Below, one piece after another: positions 17,523-26,426 of a stretch of 32,000 nucleotides of DNA (its first letter is position 1; the number at the start of each line of letters is the position of its first letter). The stretch is taken from contig NZ_CP027570.1 of NCBI RefSeq assembly GCF_003010495.1, forward strand, positions 1,260,001-1,292,000, read 5' to 3'. The position numbers were made by a program, and so were the translations under genes. This DNA comes from Megasphaera elsdenii DSM 20460. GTDB taxonomy: Bacteria > Bacillota > Negativicutes > Veillonellales > Megasphaeraceae. Below the pieces are notes generated by a model that was not told where the DNA came from, ran no database searches, and worked only from the letters and a program-made list of their open reading frames with translations.

Positions 17523-18296
17523 ATGGGGGCAAAAGCCGTGATCATCGATCACGAACCGCTAATGGCGGCGCAGTTGAAGAAGCTGTTACAGCGTGGGGAT
17601 CCGTCTATCGAGGTAAAATCAATATGTTATGAAGGGGAACAAGCCATGGCTTGTCTGGCGGCTCATCAGCCGGATATCGTCTTTCTGACGCTGGAAATGC
17701 CGCGGGTCAGCGGCATGACCATTGCCAGACAGATTGAAGCGGCCAAGGGCCCTCATCCAGCCGTCGTCTTCGTCACGGGCAAGCGCGATTTTATTTCCCA
17801 AGCGCTGCGGCTCAATGTCCTCGATTATCTGGTCAAACCGGTTACAGAGGAGGAAGTGCGGCGGGTCGTCGAGAAATTCCGCGCTGTCTATATAAAAAAA
17901 GAAGCTCCTTTGCAGGAAGGAGCTTCCGAAACAGCTGTTGACAGCAGCCGACCCAGTTATGCCCGGCGTTTTTCCGTCGATGAAGGCGACAAGATCAAAC
18001 TCATTTCGACGGAAGATATCCGCCTGGTCTATGCAGAGAAACGAAAAGTTTTTCTCGTTACCTTGTCGGGCAAGACGTATCCCAGCCATCTCAGTCTGGT
18101 CCAGTTTGAAAAGCGTCTGCCTGAAGAGGTGTTCTTTCGCTGTCACCGCAATTATATCGTCAACATCGATGAGGTTCAGCAAATCGAACCGTGGTTCAAT
18201 CATCAATACGTCCTCATCGTCAAAGGGATGGAAGACCAGCCCGTGCCCATCGGCCGGTCGTATGTCAAGAAACTCCGGCAGTACGTCGACTTATAG
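17523..18296 (+). CDS. LytTR-family response regulator with degenerate (non-phosphorylatable) receiver domain
   Basis: Receiver fold plus LytTR domain (FFRCHRNYIVNIDEV). The acceptor position reads DIVFLTLEMP where DIxFLDxxMP is expected, and the acidic pair reads IIDHEP where IIDDEP is expected. Confidence 0.85.
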   Translation: MGAKAVIIDHEPLMAAQLKKLLQRGDPSIEVKSICYEGEQAMACLAAHQPDIVFLTLEMPRVSGMTIARQIEAAKGPHPAVVFVTGKRDFISQALRLNVLDYLVKPVTEEEVRRVVEKFRAVYIKKEAPLQEGASETAVDSSRPSYARRFSVDEGDKIKLISTEDIRLVYAEKRKVFLVTLSGKTYPSHLSLVQFEKRLPEEVFFRCHRNYIVNIDEVQQIEPWFNHQYVLIVKGMEDQPVPIGRSYVKKLRQYVDL

Positions 18297-20387
18297 ACTC
18301 AGGGCAGACTCGAAATAGGTCTTGAGGATCCGCTGCAGGTGGCAGCGGATTTTTTCTGGGTCGTGCCCGAGGATGGCCTGGTAAAAAGCGTCATCGCTGA
18401 CTAGGGAACTGCTGATGAAACCCAGCACGTCCGTATGGACCTGGCGATATTCGTCTTCGGGCATGATGAGCAGCAGGACAGTGGCAATGCCTTTGAAATA
18501 GTCGTCCTCAAAGGCTGGGCCGTCGGGGACGCACGTATAGAATAAGGATTGACGGATGGTTTGGGTACGGCAATGAAGCAAAGCAAAGCCCTGGTCTGGG
18601 AAAATCTGGCTGTTCAAGCATTCGCGGCGGATGATGGCGTCGAATAAGAGGGCCGTATCCTCTTCGCCTTTCGTTGCGGCTGCGGCCAGCGTATGGACGA
18701 CTTGGGCAAAGGTAGACGAGGCGGGGACGGTGAATTGCTGATAGTGACGCAGAAGACCGGCCATTTCCCGGGCCAGGAGATGTGTCCGGTCCAGGGCGGA
18801 TAAAAAAGTTTCTCCTGAAGGCGTGACCAGGTCCGGCGCTTTGCGGATGTGGGAATATGTATCAATTTTACCCAGGATATGTTGAAGTTCCGAACCCGTG
18901 ATAAGGGGGGATGTACGCAGGACGTCGGCTCCAGGAATCTGCAGGGGCAGGGTGCTGATGAAGAAATCTGTCTCTTGCAACACCGATTCTGTCAAGCCGT
19001 CCTTGCCATATGTATGGAGCTCGACATAGCTGGGCAGTTTGTTTTGAAGACGGGTCATCATCAGGCGGGCCAGGCCGAAACCGCTGGCGCAGACGATGCC
19101 GATGATGACTTTGCGGGTAAAGACTTTCTTGCCTTTGAGGCGCTCCAGGGCTGCGCCGAAATGGATAGTCAAATAGCCTATTTCTTCTTCGGAAACCGTT
19201 GTATCCAAGGCCTCTGCCAAGATGGTGGCAGCGCGGCGGGATTTTTGGAAAACCGAGGCATATTCCTGTCTGATATCGTCCAGCAGGGGATTGATGATAT
19301 TCAGATGGTGTTTCAAGCGCACGATAGTCGGCTGTAAATGGACGAACAGGCCGCGGATGAATTCATCATCACAGCGCAAATCATAGGCATACTGCGGGTC
19401 GAAGGCTTCAATCATCTTATCGATGATGACGAGAAGGGCTGGTTCGTCCAGTCCGCCCGGACCCTGCCATGGACTGCCGTTATAGCGGATTTTGGCGCCC
19501 TTGATGTGCAGGAGCAGATAAGATATTTCGATGGATGGCATGGGCAGCTGAAATTCCTCTTCCATGCCTTTCAAGATGCGTCGTGCCAAGGTACTGTCTT
19601 CATCATCCGGGATGGCTGGCGGGACAGCAGGTTCTTCCTGCAATTGTCCGCTGGCCACGCGTTCGATGGCGATGGCAATATGGATGACCAGACCGATTTT
19701 GGCGGCATCTGTGAAGTGGGCGATTTTTTCTTCGTGAAGTTTCTGGAGAACCGTATAGACTCGCTGAATCGTATGGCTGTTGAGCAATTTATAGATGCCT
19801 TTATCCGTCACATTCATGACGGCCTTGGTCAAGGCTTCCTGGCCATCATGGAGGTCTTTGAAATCTTCGGCAGACGTCGTTTCGCTGATGAAGCGGCGCA
19901 TGGCTTCGCGGTAGTCTTTTTCACTGCCCGTAAGGACGACGCCGTAGCCTTGCTTCTTCAAAACGGATAAATTATTTTTTTGCAGCCATGGGGCCAGTGC
20001 TTCCAGGTCTGAAGCAGCTGTGGCTTCACTGACACCGAGGAGCTGGCTGTAATAGAAGAGTTTCTTCGGTGTCCGGTCGCGCAGGATTTCAAAGAGCAAG
20101 TAACGGCGGCGATTCTGCTTATCGGTAAAGTCCATAGCCGATGCCGTTTGCAGGGAAGCGGCCAGTCGTTCTTTTTCTTTCTCAGGCCCGATGAGCATGA
20201 GGCCGGCCTTTTTCTTGCGCTGTAATTGCAGGCCATAAGAAGCCAGTGCGCCTGTTGTCCCGTCGAGTTCACGCTGGACCGTCCGCTTGCTGATACCCAG
20301 GTCATCGGCCAGGGTTTGCTCCGATACAAAGTCCGTTTCCGATAGCAGGCGCTGTAAAATCTGTTGCATACGAGGTGTAAAATCCAT
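18291..20387 (-). CDS. mtlR: MtlR/BglG-family PRD-containing transcriptional activator (HTH-PRD-PRD-EIIB-like-EIIA-like)
   Basis: N-terminal HTH (LADDLGISKRTVQREL), PRD histidines (VIHIAIAIER, LFVHLQPTIVRL), EIIB-like GIVCASGFG, EIIA-like GFALLHCRT. GGAGGTG lies 6 nt before ATG 20387. Confidence 0.85.
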   Translation of the reverse strand: MDFTPRMQQILQRLLSETDFVSEQTLADDLGISKRTVQRELDGTTGALASYGLQLQRKKKAGLMLIGPEKEKERLAASLQTASAMDFTDKQNRRRYLLFEILRDRTPKKLFYYSQLLGVSEATAASDLEALAPWLQKNNLSVLKKQGYGVVLTGSEKDYREAMRRFISETTSAEDFKDLHDGQEALTKAVMNVTDKGIYKLLNSHTIQRVYTVLQKLHEEKIAHFTDAAKIGLVIHIAIAIERVASGQLQEEPAVPPAIPDDEDSTLARRILKGMEEEFQLPMPSIEISYLLLHIKGAKIRYNGSPWQGPGGLDEPALLVIIDKMIEAFDPQYAYDLRCDDEFIRGLFVHLQPTIVRLKHHLNIINPLLDDIRQEYASVFQKSRRAATILAEALDTTVSEEEIGYLTIHFGAALERLKGKKVFTRKVIIGIVCASGFGLARLMMTRLQNKLPSYVELHTYGKDGLTESVLQETDFFISTLPLQIPGADVLRTSPLITGSELQHILGKIDTYSHIRKAPDLVTPSGETFLSALDRTHLLAREMAGLLRHYQQFTVPASSTFAQVVHTLAAAATKGEEDTALLFDAIIRRECLNSQIFPDQGFALLHCRTQTIRQSLFYTCVPDGPAFEDDYFKGIATVLLLIMPEDEYRQVHTDVLGFISSSLVSDDAFYQAILGHDPEKIRCHLQRILKTYFESALSL

Positions 20388-20434
20388 GCTATCACCTCCG
20401 TCATCCATGGTATTCCTGTATGTCTTTGCTTTAC

Positions 20435-20463
20435 AGTATAGCTCAGGCTGTGGAAGGCTGCAA
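20435..20463 (-). promoter_or_regulatory. Candidate mtlR promoter
   Basis: Minus strand TTGCAG (20458-20463), 17 nt spacer, TATACT (20435-20440). Confidence 0.35.
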
Positions 20464-20576
20464 TTTAAAGTATTTTAATTTTGTCGTCATAAAAAGTGAC
20501 AGCATTTTTAGAATGCATCGATTGCAGGATGAGGGAGAAAAAATGCCTCATTGTTATAGAATAATGACAGGCCATA

Positions 20577-20585
20577 TGATATAAT
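20577..20585 (+). promoter_or_regulatory. Extended -10 element TGaTATAAT upstream of the DUF47/pit operon
   Basis: Read directly. Confidence 0.35.
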
Positions 20586-20669
20586 TTTAAGTAAGGCCTT
20601 GTAAAGAATCAGAAACAATCGTGTAAATTTTGATAAAGGCTTATTCCTATCTTTTATTTAAGGAGATCG

Positions 20670-21305
20670 ATGACTATGGCATTTCACTTAAAGCCCAAGG
20701 AAGAAAAGTTTTTTTCCCTATTGGACCAACATGCGACATTGAGCTATGAAGCGGCTGAGTTACTGAGCCAGGCTATTAACGGTGAAGTCGCGAAAGAAAC
20801 GGCATTAGAAAAAATCGACGCTCTGGCCGACCAGGCCGATGCGCTGGTCATGGAAACGATGAAGCGCCTCCAGAAGACCTTCATTACGCCTATGGACCGT
20901 GAAGATATCCAGCAGCTGATCGATCAGCTCGATGCAGCTGTCGACAACATCAGTGAAATCATGGATAAAATGTGTATGTACCAAGTCGGCGAAGCTACGG
21001 ATGGCGCTAAGCAGATGGCGACCATTACGGCGAAAGCCATGAAAGAAATCCGCAAATCCATCGGCTACATGAAGGACCTCAAGAAGAATTACCTCAAAGT
21101 CGAAGCGCGGAGCAAGAAAGTCTTGAAATTGGAACAGGACTGCGATGATTTGTACCATGAAGAAATGGCGAACTTGTTCAAGAACTGCAAGGACCCCATT
21201 GAAATCATCAAGTGGAAGGAAATCCTCCAGTCTGTCGAAGACGTCACCGATGATTGTGAAGATTTAGTCGTTACGTTCAGAAGGGTTGTATTGAAGTATG
21301 CCTGA
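20670..21305 (+). CDS. DUF47-family (PhoU-like) Pit accessory protein
   Basis: Helical ~210-aa protein (KEEKFFSLLDQH..., PMDREDIQQLI, DCEDLV) overlapping the downstream pit gene by 8 nt. ATG 20676 is an alternative start with better SD spacing. Confidence 0.8.
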   Translation: MTMAFHLKPKEEKFFSLLDQHATLSYEAAELLSQAINGEVAKETALEKIDALADQADALVMETMKRLQKTFITPMDREDIQQLIDQLDAAVDNISEIMDKMCMYQVGEATDGAKQMATITAKAMKEIRKSIGYMKDLKKNYLKVEARSKKVLKLEQDCDDLYHEEMANLFKNCKDPIEIIKWKEILQSVEDVTDDCEDLVVTFRRVVLKYA

Positions 21306-22287
21306 GCATTGGTTAATTTGGGCCATCGTTTTGTTGGCCGTTCTCTTTGATTATATTAATGGCTTCCACGATACGGCCAATGCCATCGCGACGAGCGTAT
21401 CGACGCGGGCCATTACACCGCGCCACGCCATCATGATGGCAGCGTGCCTCAATTTCGCCGGGGCCATGATCAGCACCGGCGTCGCTAAGACCATTGGCGG
21501 CGACCTGGTCCTCAATCCGGCTGAAATCAGCTTGGAAGTCATCGTAGCCGCCCTCATCGGCTCGATTATCTGGAATGTCCTTACCTGGTATTACCGCATA
21601 CCGAGCAGTTCGTCCCATTCCCTGATCGGTGGTGTCATCGGCGCCGTCTGCATCAGCGTCGGACCGGCAGCCCTCGATATGGGCGGTATCGGCAAAATCA
21701 TCTTGTCTCTGATCCTGTCGCCTGTCGTCGCCTTGGCTACCGGGTATTTCGTCATGATCGGTATCCTCTGGATTGTCCGCAAGTATTCGCCGCTGGCCCT
21801 GAACCGGCAGTTCCGCAAGATGCAGCTCTTGTCGGCCAGCCTGATGGCTTTTTCTCACGGTTCCAATGATGCCCAGAAGGCCATGGGGATCATCGCCCTG
21901 GCTCTCTTGTCCGGCGGTTATATTGAAACTATGGAAATCCCGATTTGGGTCAAGATGGCCTGCGCTACGTCCATGGCTTTAGGGACTTCGGCCGGCGGCT
22001 GGCGTATCATCTCTACGATGGGGACGAAGATCTTCAAGATGGAATCGATCAATGGCTTTGCGGCGGATTTGAACTCGTCCATCGTCATCTTTACGGCCAC
22101 CTTCCTTCATCTGCCGGTCAGTACGACCCACGTCGTATCGGGCTCCATCATGGGTATCGGTTCAGCTGAACGCGTCCGCGCCGTCCATTGGGGCGTCGCC
22201 CGCAGTATGCTCGTCGCCTGGGTCGTTACGATTCCCATCAGTGCCGTCATGTCGGCTATCATTTTCAAAATTATCGATTTTCTTTAA
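21298..22287 (+). CDS. pit: Inorganic phosphate transporter, PiT family
   Basis: GFHDTANAIATSV and HGSNDAQKAMG signature pair; polytopic. Confidence 0.9.
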   Translation: MPEHWLIWAIVLLAVLFDYINGFHDTANAIATSVSTRAITPRHAIMMAACLNFAGAMISTGVAKTIGGDLVLNPAEISLEVIVAALIGSIIWNVLTWYYRIPSSSSHSLIGGVIGAVCISVGPAALDMGGIGKIILSLILSPVVALATGYFVMIGILWIVRKYSPLALNRQFRKMQLLSASLMAFSHGSNDAQKAMGIIALALLSGGYIETMEIPIWVKMACATSMALGTSAGGWRIISTMGTKIFKMESINGFAADLNSSIVIFTATFLHLPVSTTHVVSGSIMGIGSAERVRAVHWGVARSMLVAWVVTIPISAVMSAIIFKIIDFL

Positions 22288-22311
22288 GACTATTTTGGTA
22301 ACTAACCCCTT

Positions 22312-22346
22312 AAAAGGTCCTGTCATCGTGCGGCAGGACCTTTTTT
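22312..22346 (+). terminator. Intrinsic terminator after pit
   Basis: aaaAGGTCCTG-loop-CAGGACCTtttttt. Confidence 0.7.
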
Positions 22347-22385
22347 GCATCCGTCAGTAGAATGAAAGAGGGCGGCATACTAAAG

Positions 22386-22408
22386 AAAGTATATTATTAA
22401 TATACTTT
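22386..22408. promoter_or_regulatory. Perfect 11-1-11 palindrome AAAGTATATTA-T-TAATATACTTT (candidate Rrf2 operator)
   Basis: Read directly; about 50 bp upstream of the Rrf2 promoter -10. Confidence 0.35.
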
Positions 22409-22455
22409 AGGACATTGAAGATACAGAATTAAAACTATACTTTTTTTGTCTTTTA

Positions 22456-22468
22456 TTGTATAATACAA
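22456..22468 (+). promoter_or_regulatory. Extended -10 TGTATAAT embedded in palindrome TTGTAT-A-ATACAA
   Basis: TATAAT at 22459-22464 with TG at 22457-22458. Confidence 0.4.
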
Positions 22469-22494
22469 GATATAGACAACAAGGGGGTAGAAAT

Positions 22495-22971
22495 ATGAGA
22501 TTGAATCAGGCTACGGACTATGCCTTCCGCATGGTCCTCTATTTGGCGTCTCTCCCGGAAGGTACGAAGATTACCGGCGCGGCGCTGGCAGAAAAACAGA
22601 ATATACCAGAACGTTTTTTATTGAAAATCATGCGCAGCCTCACCAAGGCTGGCATCATGAAGTCCTATCGCGGTGTCGAAGGCGGTTTTGCCTTACAGCG
22701 GGCGCCCAAGGACATCACTCTTTTTGATATCATCGACGCCGTCGAAGGGCAGACAGAATTACAGCGCTGTCTCCACGACATCGGCTCGTGCAGCCGCGGC
22801 TGCAGCGGCATGTGTTCTATTTATGCCGCCTTTGCCGACATCCAGCGCGACCTGGCAGCCCGTTTGAAGTCCATCGACTTTGAAACCCTGGCCAAACAGG
22901 AAGCCAATCTCCGCATGGTCCACGAAGCAGAAGCGCAGCTGACGGCCAAAAAAGAAGCGGCAGAAAAATAA
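22495..22971 (+). CDS. Rrf2-family transcriptional regulator with a four-Cys cluster
   Basis: MRLNQATDYAFRMVLYLA..., wHTH, Cys cluster CLHDIGSCSRGCSGMC. AAGGGGG precedes ATG 22495. Confidence 0.85.
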   Translation: MRLNQATDYAFRMVLYLASLPEGTKITGAALAEKQNIPERFLLKIMRSLTKAGIMKSYRGVEGGFALQRAPKDITLFDIIDAVEGQTELQRCLHDIGSCSRGCSGMCSIYAAFADIQRDLAARLKSIDFETLAKQEANLRMVHEAEAQLTAKKEAAEK

Positions 22972-22982
22972 GTCTGTAGTTT

Positions 22983-23017
22983 GAAGGGCTTGTCACCGAC
23001 GACAAGCCCTTTTTTTT
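22983..23017 (+). terminator. Intrinsic terminator after the Rrf2 gene
   Basis: GAAGGGCTTGTC-accgac-GACAAGCCCTT followed by a T-run. Confidence 0.75.
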
Positions 23018-23085
23018 ATGCCCAAAATATTGTAAAATAAGGATACCTATTTAATTTTTATTCTCTTTGTGTGGAGTGAAGCCCT

Positions 23086-23898
23086 ATGTACCTACCCTTT
23101 CAAGGTTTCATCAGCAGCTTCCGGCTGTTGGATATATTGGATATTCTGCTCGTTGCTTTTGTACTCTATAAATTATTCATCCTCATCCGCAATACGCGGG
23201 CTGTCGCCTTGATCAAGGGACTGCTGGTCTTGGGCGTAGTCACTGTCGTCAGTAAGATTTTGGACCTGCACGTCATCAACTGGATGCTGCAGCAGGGGAT
23301 GACGGTCATCCTCGTCGCCTTGCCTGTCGTCTTCCAGCCAGAGTTGAGGCGGGCCCTGGAACAGATTGGCCGGGGCCGTTTCTTCCGATCCGGCCAGGTC
23401 ATCAGTATGGAAGAACTGGAACGGCTCATCGACGAAATCGTCGCTATCAGTGAATCCTTATCGAAGACCCATACAGGGGCGCTCATCGTCTTTGAACGCG
23501 AAGTCGGCCTCAACGATTATATCGACACGGGCATTGCCATCGACGGCCTGGTGTCGCGGGAACTGCTGGGAAATATATTCATCCCCAATACCCCGCTCCA
23601 TGACGGGGCCGTCATCATCCGCGAGAACCGCATCATGGCTGCCGGCTGTCTGCTGCCGCTGACGTCGGACCGGTCCTTGTCGACGGAACTGGGGACGCGC
23701 CACCGGGCGGCCATCGGCATCAGCGAACTAGCCGATGCCGTCGTCGTCGTCGTCAGCGAAGAAACGGGTTCCATTTCCTATACCTATGGCGGTCATATTT
23801 ATCGCCACCTCGATGGCAATGCTTTGCGCAATGTCCTGAAGACGTTCCTGAACCGGACGCCTCAGGGCTTGGCCAATATTTTTAAATGGAGGCCTTAG
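23086..23898 (+). CDS. cdaA: Diadenylate cyclase CdaA (membrane-anchored DAC domain)
   Basis: Three N-terminal TM helices; DAC motifs HTGALIVFE, PLHDGAVII, GTRHRAAIGISE, VVVVSEETGSIS. Confidence 0.92.
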   Translation: MYLPFQGFISSFRLLDILDILLVAFVLYKLFILIRNTRAVALIKGLLVLGVVTVVSKILDLHVINWMLQQGMTVILVALPVVFQPELRRALEQIGRGRFFRSGQVISMEELERLIDEIVAISESLSKTHTGALIVFEREVGLNDYIDTGIAIDGLVSRELLGNIFIPNTPLHDGAVIIRENRIMAAGCLLPLTSDRSLSTELGTRHRAAIGISELADAVVVVVSEETGSISYTYGGHIYRHLDGNALRNVLKTFLNRTPQGLANIFKWRP

Positions 23899-23901
23899 CT
23901 T

Positions 23902-24807
23902 ATGAACAAGCTTGATAAAAAATGGCAGCTCAAGATCGTCTGCCTTCTCTTGGCTATCGTCTTATGGTTCGTCATCATCAACGAACAGAACCCGCTCAGT
24001 GAAGGCAGTTATACCGTGCCGATTACCGTAGAGAACCTCGATTCCCAATACATTACGTCTAATGTGCCCAAGACGGTCTATGTCCGCTTGTCGGGCCCGC
24101 GCAATACGATCATCAACGTCGGCCCGTCGGATATCAAGGCCTATATCGATTTGTCCAATGTCCAGGAAGGGGAAGTGGAAGTACCGGTCCACGTCGAAAT
24201 ACCCGGTGGGACGGAGCTGAAGAAACAGAGCATGACGTCGACGAAAATCACTGTCGATGTCTATACGGTCAAAGAATTTAAATTGACGCCGCATGTCGTC
24301 GGCAAGCTGGACGATAAGGATTTCATCAGCGATCTGAAAATCGTACCGGAAAAAGTCGTCGTCAGCGGGGCACGCCGCCTCATTCAGCAAGTCAACCAGG
24401 CTGTCGTCGATATCCCTGTCAATCAGCGCAATGGCGACTTTGCGATTATGGCGCCGATTCACTTGTACCAGGCCGATGGGACGCCGGTAGAAGGGCTGGA
24501 AATGACTCCCTGGCAGAGCAATGTCAAAGTGACCATAGCCCACAATGCGATTACCAAGACCGTTCCCTTGAACTTGAACGTCCAGGGGGAAACGGCGTGG
24601 AAGACCGTTTCCGTCCAGCCGACGGCTGTCGTCGTCAAAGGGGAAGCGGATACGCTGAAGAATATCGATACCATCGACTTGCCCGATATCGATATCGAGA
24701 ATATGACGGAAGAAAAGACGTGGAAAGTCCTCATTCCGCCGATAGATGGCGTCGTCATGGACCCTGATGAAGTCGACGCTACACTGAGTATCAAGAAAGA
24801 AAAGTAG
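23902..24807 (+). CDS. cdaR: CdaR (YbbR-domain) regulator of CdaA
   Basis: N-terminal TM helix followed by repeated YbbR-like beta domains. It sits immediately after cdaA. Confidence 0.8.
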   Translation: MNKLDKKWQLKIVCLLLAIVLWFVIINEQNPLSEGSYTVPITVENLDSQYITSNVPKTVYVRLSGPRNTIINVGPSDIKAYIDLSNVQEGEVEVPVHVEIPGGTELKKQSMTSTKITVDVYTVKEFKLTPHVVGKLDDKDFISDLKIVPEKVVVSGARRLIQQVNQAVVDIPVNQRNGDFAIMAPIHLYQADGTPVEGLEMTPWQSNVKVTIAHNAITKTVPLNLNVQGETAWKTVSVQPTAVVVKGEADTLKNIDTIDLPDIDIENMTEEKTWKVLIPPIDGVVMDPDEVDATLSIKKEK

Positions 24808-24821
24808 GAAGGGAGATTATT

Positions 24822-26426
24822 GTGCTTAGAGTATTGAATATCCGCACGGCTGTCCCTATGCAGAAGCCTTTGGCAGCTTTAGTGGCTAAAAAGCTTCGAT
24901 GCAGCCGCAGCGATATTTCCGGCCTTACCATTGTCCGCCGGTCCATTGATGCCCGGCGGAAGCCGCGGATTTATTTCGTCTTCACTGTCGACGTTTCTTT
25001 TGCCGACGAAGACCGGGTGTGGAAACGCTGCCGGGATAATAAGGATGTCCGTCGTCTGACCGAGACGCCAGCGCCGGAAATCCATCCCGGTACACAGCCG
25101 ATGGCGCACCGGCCTATCGTCATCGGGACCGGCCCATCCGGCCTGGCAGCTGCCTTGGCCCTGGCGGAACACGGCTACGCGCCTATCGTCTTTGAACGGG
25201 GCTGCGATGTCGATACCCGGACGAAAGATGTAGAAACTTTTTGGCGTGGCGGTCCTTTCAAGGCCTCGTCGAATGTCCAGTTCGGCGAAGGTGGGGCCGG
25301 GACCTTTTCGGATGGCAAATTGACGACCCGCGTCAATCATCCGCTGCTGCGGCGCATCTTGCAGACTTTTGTCGATGCCGGCGCACCGGAGGATATCCTG
25401 TATGCCTATAATCCCCATGTCGGGACCGATGTCCTGCGCCGCGTAGTCAAGAATATGCGTCATACCATCGAAGCCCGGGGCGGGGAAGTCCATTTTTCCA
25501 GCTGCGTCACGGCCATCCATCGCGACGATGAAGGCCGCATTACTTCTGTGACCGTCAATGACAGCGATGAATATCCGGCCGAGCTGGTCGTCATGGGTAT
25601 CGGCCATAGTGCCCGCGATACGTATTACATGCTCCACGACCAGGGCGTTACCCTGGAAAAGAAGCCCTTTGCCGTCGGCGTGCGTATCGAACATTCCCAG
25701 GATGTCATCGACCGGGCCCAGTATGGCTGCCCGGCAGCAGATCTCGGCCTGGAACCGGCGGACTACGCCTTGGTCTACCACAGTCCGGAAGGGCGGTCGT
25801 GCTATTCTTTCTGCATGTGTCCCGGTGGCGTCGTCGTCGGGGCGGCTTCGGAAGAAGGGCGGGTCGTCACCAACGGCATGAGCCTGTACCGGCGCGACAG
25901 CGGTATCGCCAACAGTGCTGTCGTCGTCAATGTCACGGCTGATGACATGGGCGGGGATAGTCCCCTGGCAGGTATCGAGTTCCAGCGCCGATATGAAGAA
26001 CTGGCGTATAAAGCGGGCGGCAGCTGTTATTATGCTCCGGCTCAGACCGTCGGCTCTTTCTTGAAACGGCCTGGGGCACCTCAGGAAGGACCAGTTCATT
26101 CCTATCGTCCCGGCGTGACCTGGACGGACCTGCATGACGTCCTGCCCGGCTTCGTCACGACGACCTTGGAACAGGCCCTGCCTTATTTCGGACGGCGGAT
26201 CCATGGTTTTGACGATGATGCCGTAGTCATGACCGGCGTCGAAACCCGGACCAGTGCGCCTGTACGCATCGTCCGCGGCGAAGACCGCATGGCCCTGGGG
26301 GCGGCTGGCCTCTATCCCATTGGCGAAGGGGCCGGGTATGCCGGTGGCATTATGAGTGCTTTTTTGGATGGCCTGGAAACGGCGATTGAAATCATCCGTA
26401 AATATCAACCTTTGGAGGTAAAGTAA
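24822..26426 (+). CDS. FAD/NAD-dependent oxidoreductase-like protein (COG2509 family)
   Basis: GTG 24822 after GGAAGGGAG. IVIGTGPSGLAAAL dinucleotide fold, FGEGGAGTFSDGKL, GEGAGYAGGI near the C-terminus. Confidence 0.8.
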   Translation: MLRVLNIRTAVPMQKPLAALVAKKLRCSRSDISGLTIVRRSIDARRKPRIYFVFTVDVSFADEDRVWKRCRDNKDVRRLTETPAPEIHPGTQPMAHRPIVIGTGPSGLAAALALAEHGYAPIVFERGCDVDTRTKDVETFWRGGPFKASSNVQFGEGGAGTFSDGKLTTRVNHPLLRRILQTFVDAGAPEDILYAYNPHVGTDVLRRVVKNMRHTIEARGGEVHFSSCVTAIHRDDEGRITSVTVNDSDEYPAELVVMGIGHSARDTYYMLHDQGVTLEKKPFAVGVRIEHSQDVIDRAQYGCPAADLGLEPADYALVYHSPEGRSCYSFCMCPGGVVVGAASEEGRVVTNGMSLYRRDSGIANSAVVVNVTADDMGGDSPLAGIEFQRRYEELAYKAGGSCYYAPAQTVGSFLKRPGAPQEGPVHSYRPGVTWTDLHDVLPGFVTTTLEQALPYFGRRIHGFDDDAVVMTGVETRTSAPVRIVRGEDRMALGAAGLYPIGEGAGYAGGIMSAFLDGLETAIEIIRKYQPLEVK

